Source: Squalus acanthias
Lineage: Eukaryota
Length of the DNA stretch: 64,000 bases
NCBI GenBank assembly: GCA_030390025.1
Contig: JASTWF010000034.1
Span: 3,224,001 to 3,288,000, forward strand
Reading direction: 5' to 3'
Positions 49,601-62,110 of the stretch are shown here, one piece after another (position 1 is the stretch's first letter; each line of letters starts with the position of its first letter). The notes below the pieces were generated by a model. The model saw only the letters and a list, made by a program, of their open reading frames with translations, was not told the DNA's origin and did not search any database. The position numbers and the translations under genes were made by a program.

Positions 49601-50934
49601 CGCTGATATACACCACAACCCTCACTGTAACACTCTGGTATAACTCACTACACTCTGTTATACCCACACCGCTCACTGCAACACTCAGATACACCCCACT
49701 CTCTTTCATACCCCAAACCTCTCACTGTAACACAGATATACCCCACACCCTCATTGTAACTCTGTGATATACCCCACACCCCTCACTGTAACACTGATAT
49801 ACCCCACATCAATCACTATAATAATCTGATATACCCAGAACCCCTCACTGAACACTCTGATTTAAACCACACCCCTCACTATAACACTGATATAGCTCAC
49901 ACTCCTGAATGTAACACTCTCTTACATACCTCAAACATCTCACTGTAACACACCGTAAGACCCCATGCCCCTCACTGTAACACTTTGTGATATACTCCAT
50001 ATCCCTCGCAGTAACACTCTGATATACCCGACACCCCTCGATGTAACACACTGATATAACGCCATACCTCTCACTGTAACACTCTGATATGCCCAACACC
50101 GGTCATTGTATTACTCTGATGTACCCCACACCCGTAACTGTAACACTCTGATGCAAACCCACTCCCCTGACTACAACACTCTGATATACCCTACACATGC
50201 CTTCCTGTAACACACCGATATACCCCACACCCTGACATACGCCGCTCCCCTCAATTTAACACTCTGATATACCTCACACACCTCACTGTAACACTCTGAT
50301 ATAACCCTTAATTTAATCCTCTCTTACATATTCAGACCTCTCACTGTAACAGACCGTTATACCCCACTCACCTCCTTTTAACCCTTTGATATACCCCACA
50401 CCATTCAATGAAATGCTCTTACATGTTTCAAACCTCTCACTGTAGCAGACCGATATACCCCACTCACCTCACTTTTAACTCTGATATACCCCACACCATT
50501 CACTTAAATTCTCTTACATATCCCAAACATCTCACTGTAACAGACCGATATACCCCACTCACCTCACTTTAACACTCTGATATACCCCACACCCCTCGCT
50601 GTAACACTTTGATATACCCAACAACCATCAATGTAACACTTTGATATACCGCACACCCCTCGCTGTAACACTTTGATATACCCCACATCCCTCACTGTAA
50701 TACTCTGTTATACCCCACACCCCTCGCTGTAAAACTGTGATTTACCCGACAATCCTCTCACTGTAATACTGATATATACCACACCCTTCACTGCAACACA
50801 CTGATATACCCCACACGAATCACTTTAACTATCTGATATACCCCACACCCCTCACTGTAACACTGTCATATATCCCACATGTCTCACTGTAACTCTCTGA
50901 TTTAACCCATACACCTCACTGAAACACGCTGATA

Positions 50935-52057
50935 TGAAGGGATAATTACTAGTCCTAGCCCCTTTAGGGCTACCACGGATCAGGCATATTCTTCAGACGT
51001 TCACTTTCAACTAAACTTTGAGGTAGCCGAATTCTAAAGGTGCTTAATTGGGTCTAAAGGTCCGGACTATCTCTTCCAAAAGGAAAGGAACAACCTGAAA
51101 ATGTTACCATCCTCCAGATAGCACTTTTAATAAGTTTAGCTAGACTGTAACATTCCGGATACTATGAGGGTCCGGAAAACTCCCCAGAATTCTGCAACTC
51201 CTCACCAAAGTGTGTACACTGATTGAGTTCGCGAGTTTGATACAGAAGTCTTAAGTGTTACAATTTTAAATATCTATAGATATATTAAAGAACCGACATG
51301 TAATTTACAGTTGGTGAGTCAATCGCTACATTAACAGTTCCAAAAAGAGAAAGCTTAAAATTCTATCAGAGAACCTTACTTTCAAGTCTTAACTTCACTA
51401 CAGTTTTACAGTTCATAGTTTTCTACAGGAGATCCACCAAAATCAAATACCTTTGATACCCGAGGTACAAAGAGTTGGAGACATACAGAGCCGCCTCTGA
51501 AGCCAAGAATCACCTTTCCCCTTTAAAGCGAGTCTGCTATCCCATTTGAGAGTTCAATATTTATAACCTTTTCCAGTGGTATTTTCTTTAAGGATTTCTG
51601 CTGATGTAAGCTAATTATCTCTAGTCATTTTTCTGCTGACCCCTGCAATTCTTACAGTCACCAGAGCTGGTTTGTATCACAGAATTATGTCTCTTCTCTA
51701 GGTGTTCTAAGTTTAGCATAAAAAATTGTGTAACGGCAGGTGCGTTTTACTTGATGTCATTTTTATGAAGGCAGATGTTTGCACTTCTTTACGAAGTGTA
51801 AATTAGAACACCTTAACCAGGGTGAACCATTGTGTTGCTCCAAATGGTCAGCCTACCGGAGCCTTTAACCTTCTGTTTCAATAAGGTTATTGACTCAGTG
51901 TCAACAACTATCTTATCTCTATAGCCAGAATGCTTTCACAGCTTTTTCATAGTTAGTTTTCCAGATATCCAGACCCAGTTTGTCATGTTTTAATAAGGCC
52001 AGAATTCTTTCATAGAATGGTGCATTTATTGAATAGGTTATATGAGTAATTCCTTCA
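50935..52057 (-). mobile_element. Probable solo LTR (1123 bp)
   Basis: Unique insert in the minisatellite bounded by TGAAGGGATAATTAC...GTAATTCCTTCA (TG...CA inverted termini); TATAAA ~51565 and ATTAAA ~51128 on the minus strand; TSD unclear. Confidence 0.65.
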
Positions 52058-52389
52058 AACATAAACTACACACCTCTCACTGCAGCACTCTGATATACCC
52101 CAGACCCCTCACTTTAACATTGATATACACCACACCAATCACTGTAAAACTGTGATATACACCACATCCCTCACTGTAACAATCTCATATACCCCACACC
52201 CCTCACTGTAACTCTCTGATATACCGCACACCCCTACCTGTGAACCTCTGATATACCCCACACCCCTCACTGCAACACGCTGATAATCCACACACCCTCA
52301 CTGTAACACTCTGATATACCCCACACCCCTAACTGTAACACTCTGATATACCCCACACTCCTGATTGTAACACTCTCTTACATACCCCA

Positions 52390-53229
52390 AGTAAGGCAAA
52401 TGGTATGCTGGCCTTCATTACAAGAGGATTTGAGTACAAGTGTAAAGAAGTCTTACTCCCTTTATGTAGGGCCTTGGTGAGACCACACCTGGAGTGCTGT
52501 GTACAATTTTGGTCTCCTAACCTAAGGAAGGATATACTTGCCATTGAGGGAGTGCAATGAAGGTTCACGAGATTGATTCCTGGGAAGGCGGGACTGTTGT
52601 ATGAGAAGAGATTGAGTGAACTAAGCCCGTATTCTCTTGAATTCAGAAGAATGAGTGGGGATCTCATTGAAGCATAAAAACATTATTATAGTGCTTGATA
52701 GGTTGGATGCTGGGAGATTGTTTCCCTTGGCTGGGGAGTCTAGAACCAGGGCCACAGCCTCATGATAAAGGGTAGGCCATTCAGGACTGAGATGAGAAGC
52801 ATAGAAACATAGAAACATAGAAGATAGGAGCAGGAGTAGGCCATTCGGCACCTCGAGCCTGCTCCACCATTCAATGCGATCATGGCTGATCATTCAAATT
52901 CAGTACCATGTCCCTGCTTTCTCCCAATATCCCTTGATCCCCTTAGCCTTAAGAAATATATCGAACTCCAATAAAGACATTTCTTGACACAGAGGGTGGT
53001 GAATCTTTGGAATTATCTACCCCAGAGGTCTGTGGAGGTTCATTCATTAGTTATATTCAAAACAGAAGTCGATAGGTTTCTGACTAGTAAGGGCATCAAG
53101 GCATATCGAGATAAGGCCGGTGAAAGGAATTGAGGCAGGAAATCAGCCATGATCTCATTGAATGGCGGAGCAGGCTCAAGGGGCCGAATGGCCTACTCCT
53201 GCTCCTATTTCTTACATTCTTATGTTCTT
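52390..53229 (+). mobile_element. CR1 3' fragment with a nested opposite-strand CR1 3' end (52799-52970)
   Basis: KANGMLAFI...RPHLE, tail at ~53210-53229; internal (CATAGAAA)n inverted tail. Confidence 0.88.
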
Positions 53230-54204
53230 AAACCTCTCACTGTAACACACCGTTTTACCCCACACCCCTCACTGTAACACTCTGATATACTCAATACACC
53301 TCGCTGTAACACTCTCTGATATACTCCATACACCTCGCTGTAACACTCTGATATATCCGACACCCCTCACTGTAACACTCTCTGATATACTCCATACCCC
53401 TCGCTGTAACACTCTGATATCCCCAACACCGCTCAATGTAAAACACTTATATAAACCCGCACCCCTGAATGTAACACTCTGATATACACCACACCCCTCA
53501 CTGTAACACTCTGATATACACCACACCTCTCACTGTCACACTCTGTGAAACACCACACCTCTCACTGTAACACTCTGTTATACACCACACTTCTCACTGT
53601 CACACTCTGTTATACACCACACCTCTCACTGTAACACTCTGTTATACACCACACCTCTCACTGTAACACTCTGTTATACACCACACCTCTCACTGTAACA
53701 CTCTGATATACACCGCACCTCTCACTGTAACACTCTGTTATACACCACACCTCTCACTGTAACACTCTGATATACCCAACACCGCTCAATGTAGCACGTT
53801 GATGTAAACCCACTCCCCTGACTACAACACTCTGATATTCCCCACACGCCCCTCACTGTAAATATCGATATACCCAACACCCCTCACTCTAACACTCTGA
53901 TATACCCAACACCGCTCAATGTAGCACTTTGATATAAACCCACGCCCCTGACTATAACACTCTGATGGTCTTCAATTTTGGTAATATGTGATACTTTATC
54001 AAGCACCTTTTGTCATGATGTGAAATTCGGAAAATGTGAGTAGTATCAATCATACAATGATTGAATTGGAGATCCAAGTATTGTTGACAATTTGTTTAGC
54101 GTACTTGACGCCCCGCTCTGGTCGCAGGCCTCATCTGGTTTCAATCAATGAATTATAAAATCATTGATTTTAATCCTATTTTATTATTTCGATGTATTTG
54201 TTAT

Positions 54205-54388
54205 TAGGCTAGGGGTGACGCTGTCAAGGCTGGTATCACTTGCCCATCCCTAGTAATCCATGAGAAAATGGTGGGCCTTCATCTTGAGCCGCTCCAGTCC
54301 GTGTGGTGAAGGTGCTCCCACAATACTGTTACTGAAGGATTTTCAAGCTTTTGTCCTCGTGACGATGAAAGAACGGCGATATATTTGA
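54205..54388 (-). mobile_element. LINE-like 3' end sharing its terminus with the adjacent SINE
   Basis: The reverse complement ends ...TAGGGATGGGCAAGTGATACCAGCCTTGACAGCGTCACCCC, homologous to 54746-54793. Confidence 0.55.
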
Positions 54389-54390
54389 AG

Positions 54391-54802
54391 GGTACGGTAG
54401 CATAGTGGTTAGGTTGCTGGAATAGTTAAACCAGATGACTGGACAAATGATCCAGACACATGTGTTTAAATCCCACCAGCTGGGGGAATTTAAATTCAAT
54501 AATTAAACCAATCTGGAATGAAAAGCTTGTGTCAATAATGGTGACCATGAAAGTACCGGATGTCGTAAAAACCCACCTGGTTCACTAATGGCTTTTCGGG
54601 AAGGGAATCTGCCGCCCTTACCTGTTCTGGCTGAAATGTGACTCCAGACCCACTGCAATGTGGTTGACTCTTACCTGGCCTATGAAATGGCCCATCAAGA
54701 CACTCGCTTGTCTCAGGCGGTTCACCACCACTTTCTAAAGGGCAATTAGGGATGAGCAATAAATGCTGGCCTTGTCAGCGGTGCCCACATCCCAAGAATT
54801 AG
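54391..54802 (+). mobile_element. tRNA-derived SINE
   Basis: A-box-like TAGCATAGTGG, B-box-like GTTTAAATCCC, tail GGGCAATTAGGGATGAGCAATAAATGCTGGCCTTGTCAGCGGTGCCCACATCCC. Confidence 0.7.
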
Positions 54803-54984
54803 TTATAAAAATGATTTATTAAATGTCATAATGATTGAAAAAGCGTCATAATGTTTCATTAATGGTCAGAATGATTTATAAAGTGTTATAAAAGATCTGT
54901 AAAGTGGTGTAATGACTTTAAAGTGTTAGAATGACTAATAATGTCCTGGTGCCGGGCCATCTCCACCCCGGGCTGGGCTGCTCG

Positions 54985-56470
54985 GGGTCCTGCGCTATTT
55001 TTGTGCAGGGCGCGGGTGCCGCCATATTTGTGCCTTGCACCAGAGCCGCCATCTTTGTGCTATGCTCCAATGCCACCTTCTTTTTGCGGAGCCCCAGGGG
55101 CGCCATTTTTGTGCAGGACACTGGAGCCGCCATTTTTGTGCTGGGACCAGTAGCCGCCATCTTTGTGCTGGGCACCAGAGCCGCCATCTTTGGGCTGGGC
55201 CCCGGAGCCGCCTACTTTGTGCTGTGCCCCAGATCCGCCATCTTTGTGCTGGGCTCCGGATCCGCCATCTTTGTGCTGGGCTCCAGAGCCGCCATCTTTG
55301 TGCGGGGCACCAGAGCTGCCATTTTTGAGCGGGAACCAGAGTCGCCGTCTTTGTGGTGGGCGCCGGGGCCGCCATCTTTGTGCAGTGCCCGAGAGTCGCA
55401 ATTTTTGTGCGGTGCCACGGAGCCGCCATTTTTGTGTGGCAACCAAAGCCGCGATTTTTGTGCGGGGCGACAGAGCCGCCATTTTTGTGGAGGGCCCCAG
55501 AGCCGCCATTTTTGGGCGGGGCTACAGAGCCGCCATCTTTGTGCTGGGCCCCAGAGAAGCCAACTTTGTGTGGAGCCCCAGATCCGCCATCTTTGTGCGG
55601 GGCCCCAGAGCCGCCATCTTTGTGCGGGGCCCCAGAGCCGCCATTTTTGAGCGGGAACCAGAGTCACCATCTTTGTGCTGGGCCCCGGAGCCGCCATCTT
55701 TGTGCAGTGCCCGAGAGTCGCAATTTTTGTGCGGTGCCACGGAGCCGCCATTTTTGTGTGGCAACCAGAGCCGCGATTTTTGTGAGGGGCACCATAGCCG
55801 CCACCTTTGTGCGGGAACCCGGAGCCGCCAATATTGTGCTGTGCCCCGGAGTCGCCATCTTTGTGCTGTGCTCCGGTGCCGCCAACATTGTGCGGGGCCC
55901 CAGAGCCGCCAACTTTGTGCGGAGCCCCAGATCCGTCATTTGTGTGCTGCAATCAGAGCCACCTTCTTTATGCGGGGCCCCGGAGCCGCCATATTTGTGC
56001 TTTTCCCCGCAGCCGCCATCTTTTTGCTGTGCCCGAGAGCCGCCATCTTTTTGCTGTGCCCGAGAGCCGCCATCTTTGTGCTGTGCACCAGTGCCGCACT
56101 TTTGTTTGGGGCCCCGGAGCCGCCATCTTTGTGCTGTGTCCCGGAGCCCCCATTTTTGTGCGGGACACCAGCGCCGACATTTTTGTGCGGGGCCCCGGAG
56201 CCGCCATCTTTGTGCTGTGCCCTGGAGTCGACATCTTTGTGCGGGGCCCCGGAACCGCCATCTTTGTGCGGAGCCCCGGAGCCGCCATCTTTGTGCGGGG
56301 CCCCGGAGCCGCGATCTTTGAGCGGAGCGCCGGTGCCGCCATCTTTGTGCGGACCCCCGGAGCCGCCATCTTTCTGCGGGGCCCCGGAGACGCCATTTTT
56401 GTGCTGCGACCCAGAGCCGCCATTTTTGTGCGGGGCCCCAGAGCCGCCATCTTTGTGCGGGGCACCAGAA
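54985..56470. repeat. 27-bp GC/CpG-rich minisatellite (CCCCGGAGCCGCCATCTTTGTGCGGGG), ~55 units, most carrying a YY1-like motif
   Basis: 9-aa periodicity in the ORF track; GCCGCCATCTT/GCCGCCATTTT in most units; ~322-bp internal duplication (55321 vs 55643). Confidence 0.95.
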
Positions 56471-56522
56471 TATCAGGCCCAGGGAACTGTCAACTCTTGG
56501 GCTGCAAAGTCTCCGTTTCTTC

Positions 56523-57424
56523 TCATCCTTTAATGAGTTTTACAATCAGTGTAAAGGGATATTTCCCCACATTCTTCAACTGCTCTCTGAACTTAGTCTG
56601 GGTCACGGCGTAAATCCCAGTGTTTGTGCAGCAACTCAGCAGCTGCAGCGCGAATCCCAGTTCCATTACATAATCAGGTAGAAATACAGAATTATACCCC
56701 AAATACCACCACCGGCCCCATATAGAATACGCCATAAACACTGCCCATAACAGGATGAAATTGCCGGAGATAACAAGCAGTAAAATGATGGATTTCCTGC
56801 GGCTCTCCATCTCTGGGTCTCTGGAACTCTCCCCACTGCTGGGACCCCGGAGTCTCCTGCGGGCTCTGCTGGCCACTAAAATGTGTCTGACGGTGACAGC
56901 ATTGAGCAGCACAATCACCACAAATGGGACACACGGGGTGAGAATATAATGAAGGAGCTCGATTGTTCCCCAGACCCGTGAATACTGAACATCCTTTGTG
57001 ACATCACAAAACCAGGGGCTGTTCTGAAGCCAATACCGACCTGTGAACATAAAATACCAGGTGATGTTCTTTAAACCGCTCAGCACAGTCACTGTTCCCA
57101 GAACCACAGCTGCCGTTTGATCGGAGCAATATTTAGTTTTCAGCTTCTGGCAACAAATGGCCACAAATCGATCAAATGTGAAAGTGACGGTGAACCAGAC
57201 AGAACAGTCTGTGGCTGTGAACAGCAGGACAGCGTGGATATTACACACGGGGATGAAATACACGAAATCAAACTGTTCCCAATAAACAATGGGAATGTGC
57301 CTCAATATCACGTCGAGGATAACGACCAGTAGATCCGCCGCTGCCATGGCCACCAGGTAGCGAGTGACACATTTGGATAGTCCACACTTTCCCCGAGAAA
57401 GGATCACAATCGTCACTAAGTTCA
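56523..57424 (-). CDS. Class A orphan GPCR, GPR139/GPR142-like; last coding exon (end of TM1 to C-terminus)
   Basis: NLVTIVIL (TM1), MAAADLL (TM2), SVWFTVTFTFDRFVAIC (TM3, DRF), TM5-7, CCTNTGIY; polypyrimidine tract and CAG acceptor at 57425 (phase 1); TGA at 56523; no disruptions. Confidence 0.92.
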
Positions 57425-58738
57425 CTGTGAGGAAGGGAAATAAACAGGGAAATTATTCATCAGGCTGGGAGCAAAAGCAGCAGTTTGATGGAATTCGGGG
57501 TGAAATCTGCAACTCACGAGCGACATTGAATGATATAATATAATCCTATTAACTATGGCGCTCAATACAGGGCTTATTGCAAGAATATACGGGAATATAT
57601 TGTGGAATCAATAAGTGAAATGGGAATAAATACAACATGAAAGTAACAGATGTTTGATCAAGGAGAGATTAAATGATCGATCTAAATTTAGCCCAGCAGA
57701 CAAAAGCACCGCCCGAGGTACCAGAGACACAAATGACCAAACCCTCTCAGGAAGCCTTCGTGTCCCGGGTTCAGTCAGCATTTGGAGCGGTGCAATTCGC
57801 TTCTGTGCCATTGTGTTAGGGAGGGGAAATCCCGCTTGGATTCCTGCTCCTGGTCAGAATATCCATTCTATTTAGAACTGAAAATGAATGCAACAGCAAA
57901 ATACAGAAACTCCAACCTTGGCATGCAATAATTACAGGCAATTTTATGTAAAATGTACAGATGTTATATGACAATGCTAAGATAATAAATGCAAGTGCAC
58001 TGCAGTTATAAAGATAACTGGGCTATCAGATATGTTTTGGAGATTGAGTGTACTGCATTTTTGTTGAAATACTCAAATTCTAGCTCATTGAAAGGAAGAT
58101 TTGCCAAGTAACTTGCAAATAATGGACTCTGAATTAAAGTAATCAGTGATGATTGACCAGCTAATGTCCCACTAAATGCATTTATCAGTATCGAAATCAG
58201 ACATTTTATCCCACAGGCAAAGTGCTGCCGAATGCTGTTGTAAAGTATCTGAACACAAATGGAAGAGATTTCCTCCTTGTACTTTTTTACCTGTTGTTTC
58301 CAACCTGTGCAGAGAATATTAGACGGGAAGATATCAAAGGATTTTCTTATCCTCAGTACTTCAGTTAGAATCAGCTGGGATTGTTTATCCTGAAGTGCAG
58401 CAGGAGGCAATAGAGAATCACTCTGGGTCTCACTGACAGATCCACTGAACTGTGTCAGACGGGCATGGGATCCAATTGTAAATTCAAAACAATGATTAGA
58501 AAGAAATGGAACGAAATTTGGCTGAATTAACGTTTTGTGAGAATGTAAATTATCCTTGTAATCTTACTTTAACCATCAGAAGCAGTGCCAATAATGCAGA
58601 ACTGGAGAGGGTGGGAAAGGAGACACTGACTGGAGCTGAATGATTAGCGGATATTTCAGACATTTAAAGATGTGGATGTGATCTGCCAGGATTTGTTCCT
58701 GTGACTCTGTAAGTAACCATATCGAGCATTAGGTGAAA

Positions 58739-58871
58739 ACAAACACAAAATACTGCGGATACTGGAAATCTGAAATGAAAACAGAAAATGATGGAAATAC
58801 TCAGCGGGTCAGGCAGCATCTGTGGAGAGAGAGAGAAACAGAGTTAAAGTTTCGGGTCGATGGCCTTTCGC
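58739..58871 (-). mobile_element. Short PLE family-2 tail with a 12-bp TSD
   Basis: CATTAGGTGAAA at 58727-58738 and 58872-58883; the 5' end lies inside the hammerhead. Confidence 0.75.
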
Positions 58872-59211
58872 CATTAGGTGAAACGTCTCCTAAACCAAGA
58901 CAGCATTCTTCTGATCTGTCACTAATGTTCAGTGTCGGTAGCAGACTGAAATTCGTTAAATAAAGAGTCACCTCCAATAAATTTACATTTGAGTCTTGGA
59001 AACGTGAAATCATCTTCAGAATCAATAGCTGACAGCAGCGCGGATGGGATGGGGAACGACAAAGAGAGAAACCCAGTAAAACATGGGGGGGGAAAGTCGG
59101 TGGGTTAGCACCTCCCCTGAGCACCTTCGGGGGGGGGGAGGTGTAATGGGGCGCTACATATTTAGCGCCCGAGAGCGACTATTTTAACGCTGCTCGCGAA
59201 ATTGACCCACA

Positions 59212-59847
59212 GCGAGAGGATTCGAATACAGGATCAAGGATGTCTTGCTGCAGGTGTACAGGGTCTTGCTGCGATCACACCTTGAGTATTGTGTGCAGTT
59301 TTGGTCACCTTAACTGAGGAAGGAGGTTCTTGCCATGGAGAGAGTGCAGCGAAGATTCACCACGCTGATACCAGGGATGGCAGGAATGACGTTTAAAAAG
59401 AGATTGGTTCGATTAGGCTTATATTCGCTAGAGTTTAGAAGAATGAGAGAGTATCTCATTGAAACTTATAAAATTCTAACAGGACTGGACAGACTAGATG
59501 CAGGAAGGATGTTCCCGATGGCGGGGGAGTCCAGAACCAGGGGTCACAGTCTAAGGATAAGGGGTAACCCATTTAGGACTGAGATGAGGAGGAATGTCTT
59601 CACACAGAGAGTGGTGAACCTGTGGATTTCTCTCACAGAAGGCAGTTTAGGCCAAATCATTAAATAATCTCAAGAAGCAGTTAGATATATTTGTTGAGGT
59701 TAAAGGGATCACGGGATATGGGGAGAAAATAGGGACAGGGTACTGAATTTGTATGATCAGCCACGATCTCATTAAATGGCGGAACAGGCTCGAGGGGCCG
59801 AATGGCCTACTCCTGCTCCTATCTTCTATGTTTCTATGTTTCTATGT
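59212..59847 (+). mobile_element. CR1 3' fragment
   Basis: ORF 59335-59667; (TTTCTATG)n tail. Confidence 0.9.
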
Positions 59848-59942
59848 GAAACTGGCTGGCTTATAGTTGCCGGGTTTATCATTACACCCTTTTTAAACGA
59901 GGGTGTAACTATTGCAATTCTCCAGTCCTCTGGCAACAAATC

Positions 59943-60690
59943 GGCCCGAAAATTAAACCTAATACGCGAGAGTACGCACTGTGTACTCTCGCGTATTCGA
60001 TCCCGAATTGCCGGTTTCCTGCATGCACTGCGCGTGCGTGGGAAACCGGTACTTCGTGAATTGCAAAGGGGTTGTTCCTAAGTGAACTACAGGCTGTGCG
60101 CACGCAGTGCACTTAGTTTTTTTTCAGCTTTGAACGCGCAGGTAAGTGGTGACGATTTTACACACAAAGAAAGCAGGCGTACGACCCCCTTTTAACAAGG
60201 TAAGTAGTTAATTAAGTATTATTTTAAAATTTTTTCAACAGGTTTATCTTTTTTAGAGACTTTAAGGAAAGGTAAGTTTATTTTTATAACTTTTAAAAAG
60301 ATTTTACATTTTTTCAAAAATTTAATTTTTTGTTTAAAGTGATTAATTTATTTAAATATACTTATTTATTAATGTGATGGCTTTTTAAAATTTAATTGAG
60401 GTTTAGCTGTTCTTTTGGGGGTGTGTAGTATTCATAGCTTTGACAGCTCTTGCCGTCAAAACTATGAATGAAAGATGGAGTGCTGCCATTGGCTCCACCT
60501 GAATCACGTGATCGCAGAGCTCGCACGAACTAATTGCGCCTCTGGGACACGCAAGCACTGCACGGTTCCAACAGAGAGAGCCTTTGAAACTAAAGTTCGT
60601 GTGGGCCCGGAGCAAAAAGGTAGGCGCGGAGTGCGATATCGCGGGGAATCCTTACCCCCGCGGGAACCAGCCATGTTTAATTTCTGGGCC
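59943..60690. mobile_element. Non-autonomous DNA transposon (MITE), probably PIF/Harbinger type
   Basis: TIRs GGCCCGAAAATTAAAC / GTTTAATTTCTGGGCC (14/16 match), 3-bp TSD ATC, cleanly interrupts the CR1. Confidence 0.8.
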
Positions 60691-62110
60691 ATCGCATCTA
60701 AGGAAGATTGGAAGATTATGGCCAGTAACTCCGCGGTTTCTACCCTTACCTCCCTCAGCATCCGAGGATGCATTCTATCCGCTCCTGGTGACTTATCTAC
60801 TTTAAGTACAGCCAGCCTTTCTAGTACCTTCTCTATCAATTTTTAGCCCATCCAGTATCTCAACTACCTCCTCTTTCACTATGACTTTGGCAGCAGCTTC
60901 TTCCTTGGTAAAGACAGATGCAAAGCATTCATTTGGTATCTCAGCCATGCCCTCGGCCTCCATTCGTAGGTCTCCTTTTTGGTCCTTAAACGGCCCCATC
61001 CCTCCTCTTGCTGCCCGTTTAATATTTATATGAATATAGAAGACTTTTGGATTCCATTTTATGTTAGCTGCCAATCTATTCTAATACTCTCTCTTTCCCC
61101 CTCTTATTTCCTTTTTCACTTCCTCTCTGAACTTTCTATATTCAGCCATGTTCTCACTTGTGTACTGAACTTGACGTCTGTCATACGCCCCCTATTCTTG
61201 CTTCTTCTCACCTCCAACTTCCACGATTTGTTTCGTCATCCAGTGAGCTCTGGCTTTGGCTGCACTACCATATCCCCCCCCCCCCCGTGGGAATGTCCCT
61301 CGATTGTACCTCAATCATCTCTTCTGTAAAGGCAGCCCATTGTTCGATTACAATTTTGCCTGCCAATCTTTGATTCCAATTTACACAGGCCAGCTCCGTT
61401 TTCAACCCACTGAAATTGGCCCTATTCCTTTTAAGTATTTTTACTCTAGATTGCTCCCTGTCCTTTTCCATAGCTAATCTGAACCATATGATACAATGAT
61501 CACTCTTCCCTAAATGTACCCTTACTGACACTTGCTCCACTTTAGCTACCCCACTCCACAGAACTAGATCCTTCTCTTTGGGCCAGAAATGCACCAATCA
61601 GGAAAGTTCTCTTGAACTCACTTCAGAAATTCGTCCCCCTCTCTGCCCTTTAAACTATTGCTATCTCAGTGAATATTAGGACAATTGAAGTCCCCCATTA
61701 TTGCTACTCTATATTTCTTCCACCACACTGTAATTCCCCTGCAGATTTGCTCCTCTATATCCTTCCTCCTAGTTGGTGGCATATAGAATACACCCAGCGG
61801 TGTACTGGTACCTCTATTGTTCTTTAACTCTAACCAAATAGATTGTGTCCTTGACCCCTCCAAGACACCCTCTCTCTACAGCACTGTAATATTCTCCTTA
61901 ATCAATATTGCAAACCCACCTCCTTTGTTTCCTTCCCTATCTTTCCCGAACATCTTATATCCAGGAATATTTAGTACCCAATCCTGCCCTTTTTGAGCCA
62001 AGTCTCTGTTATTGCCACAACATCATTTGCCTATGTCGCTATTTGCGCCTGCAGCTCACCAACCTTATTTACCACTCTTCGTGCGTTTACACACATGCAT
62101 TGTAAACCTA

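Larger units (their letters stand above)
49520..53965 (+). repeat. ~31-32-bp minisatellite (CCCCACACCCCTCACTGTAACACTCTGATATA), interrupted by a solo LTR and a CR1
   Basis: Direct periodicity; most homogeneous at 53500-53770. Confidence 0.95.

Noticed and set aside
54918..56613. Long overlapping ORFs up to 456 aa on both strands
   Set aside because: A by-product of a 27-bp GC-rich repeat that lacks stop codons in all frames.
57480..58620. Candidate GPCR first exons at the GTGAGT (~57517) and GTAAGA (~58567) donors
   Set aside because: The required phase-1 frames have nearby stops and no TM1-like sequence.
59083..59208. Possible small MITE (GGGGGGAAAGT...AATTGACCC)
   Set aside because: Terminal match too weak and no TSD found.
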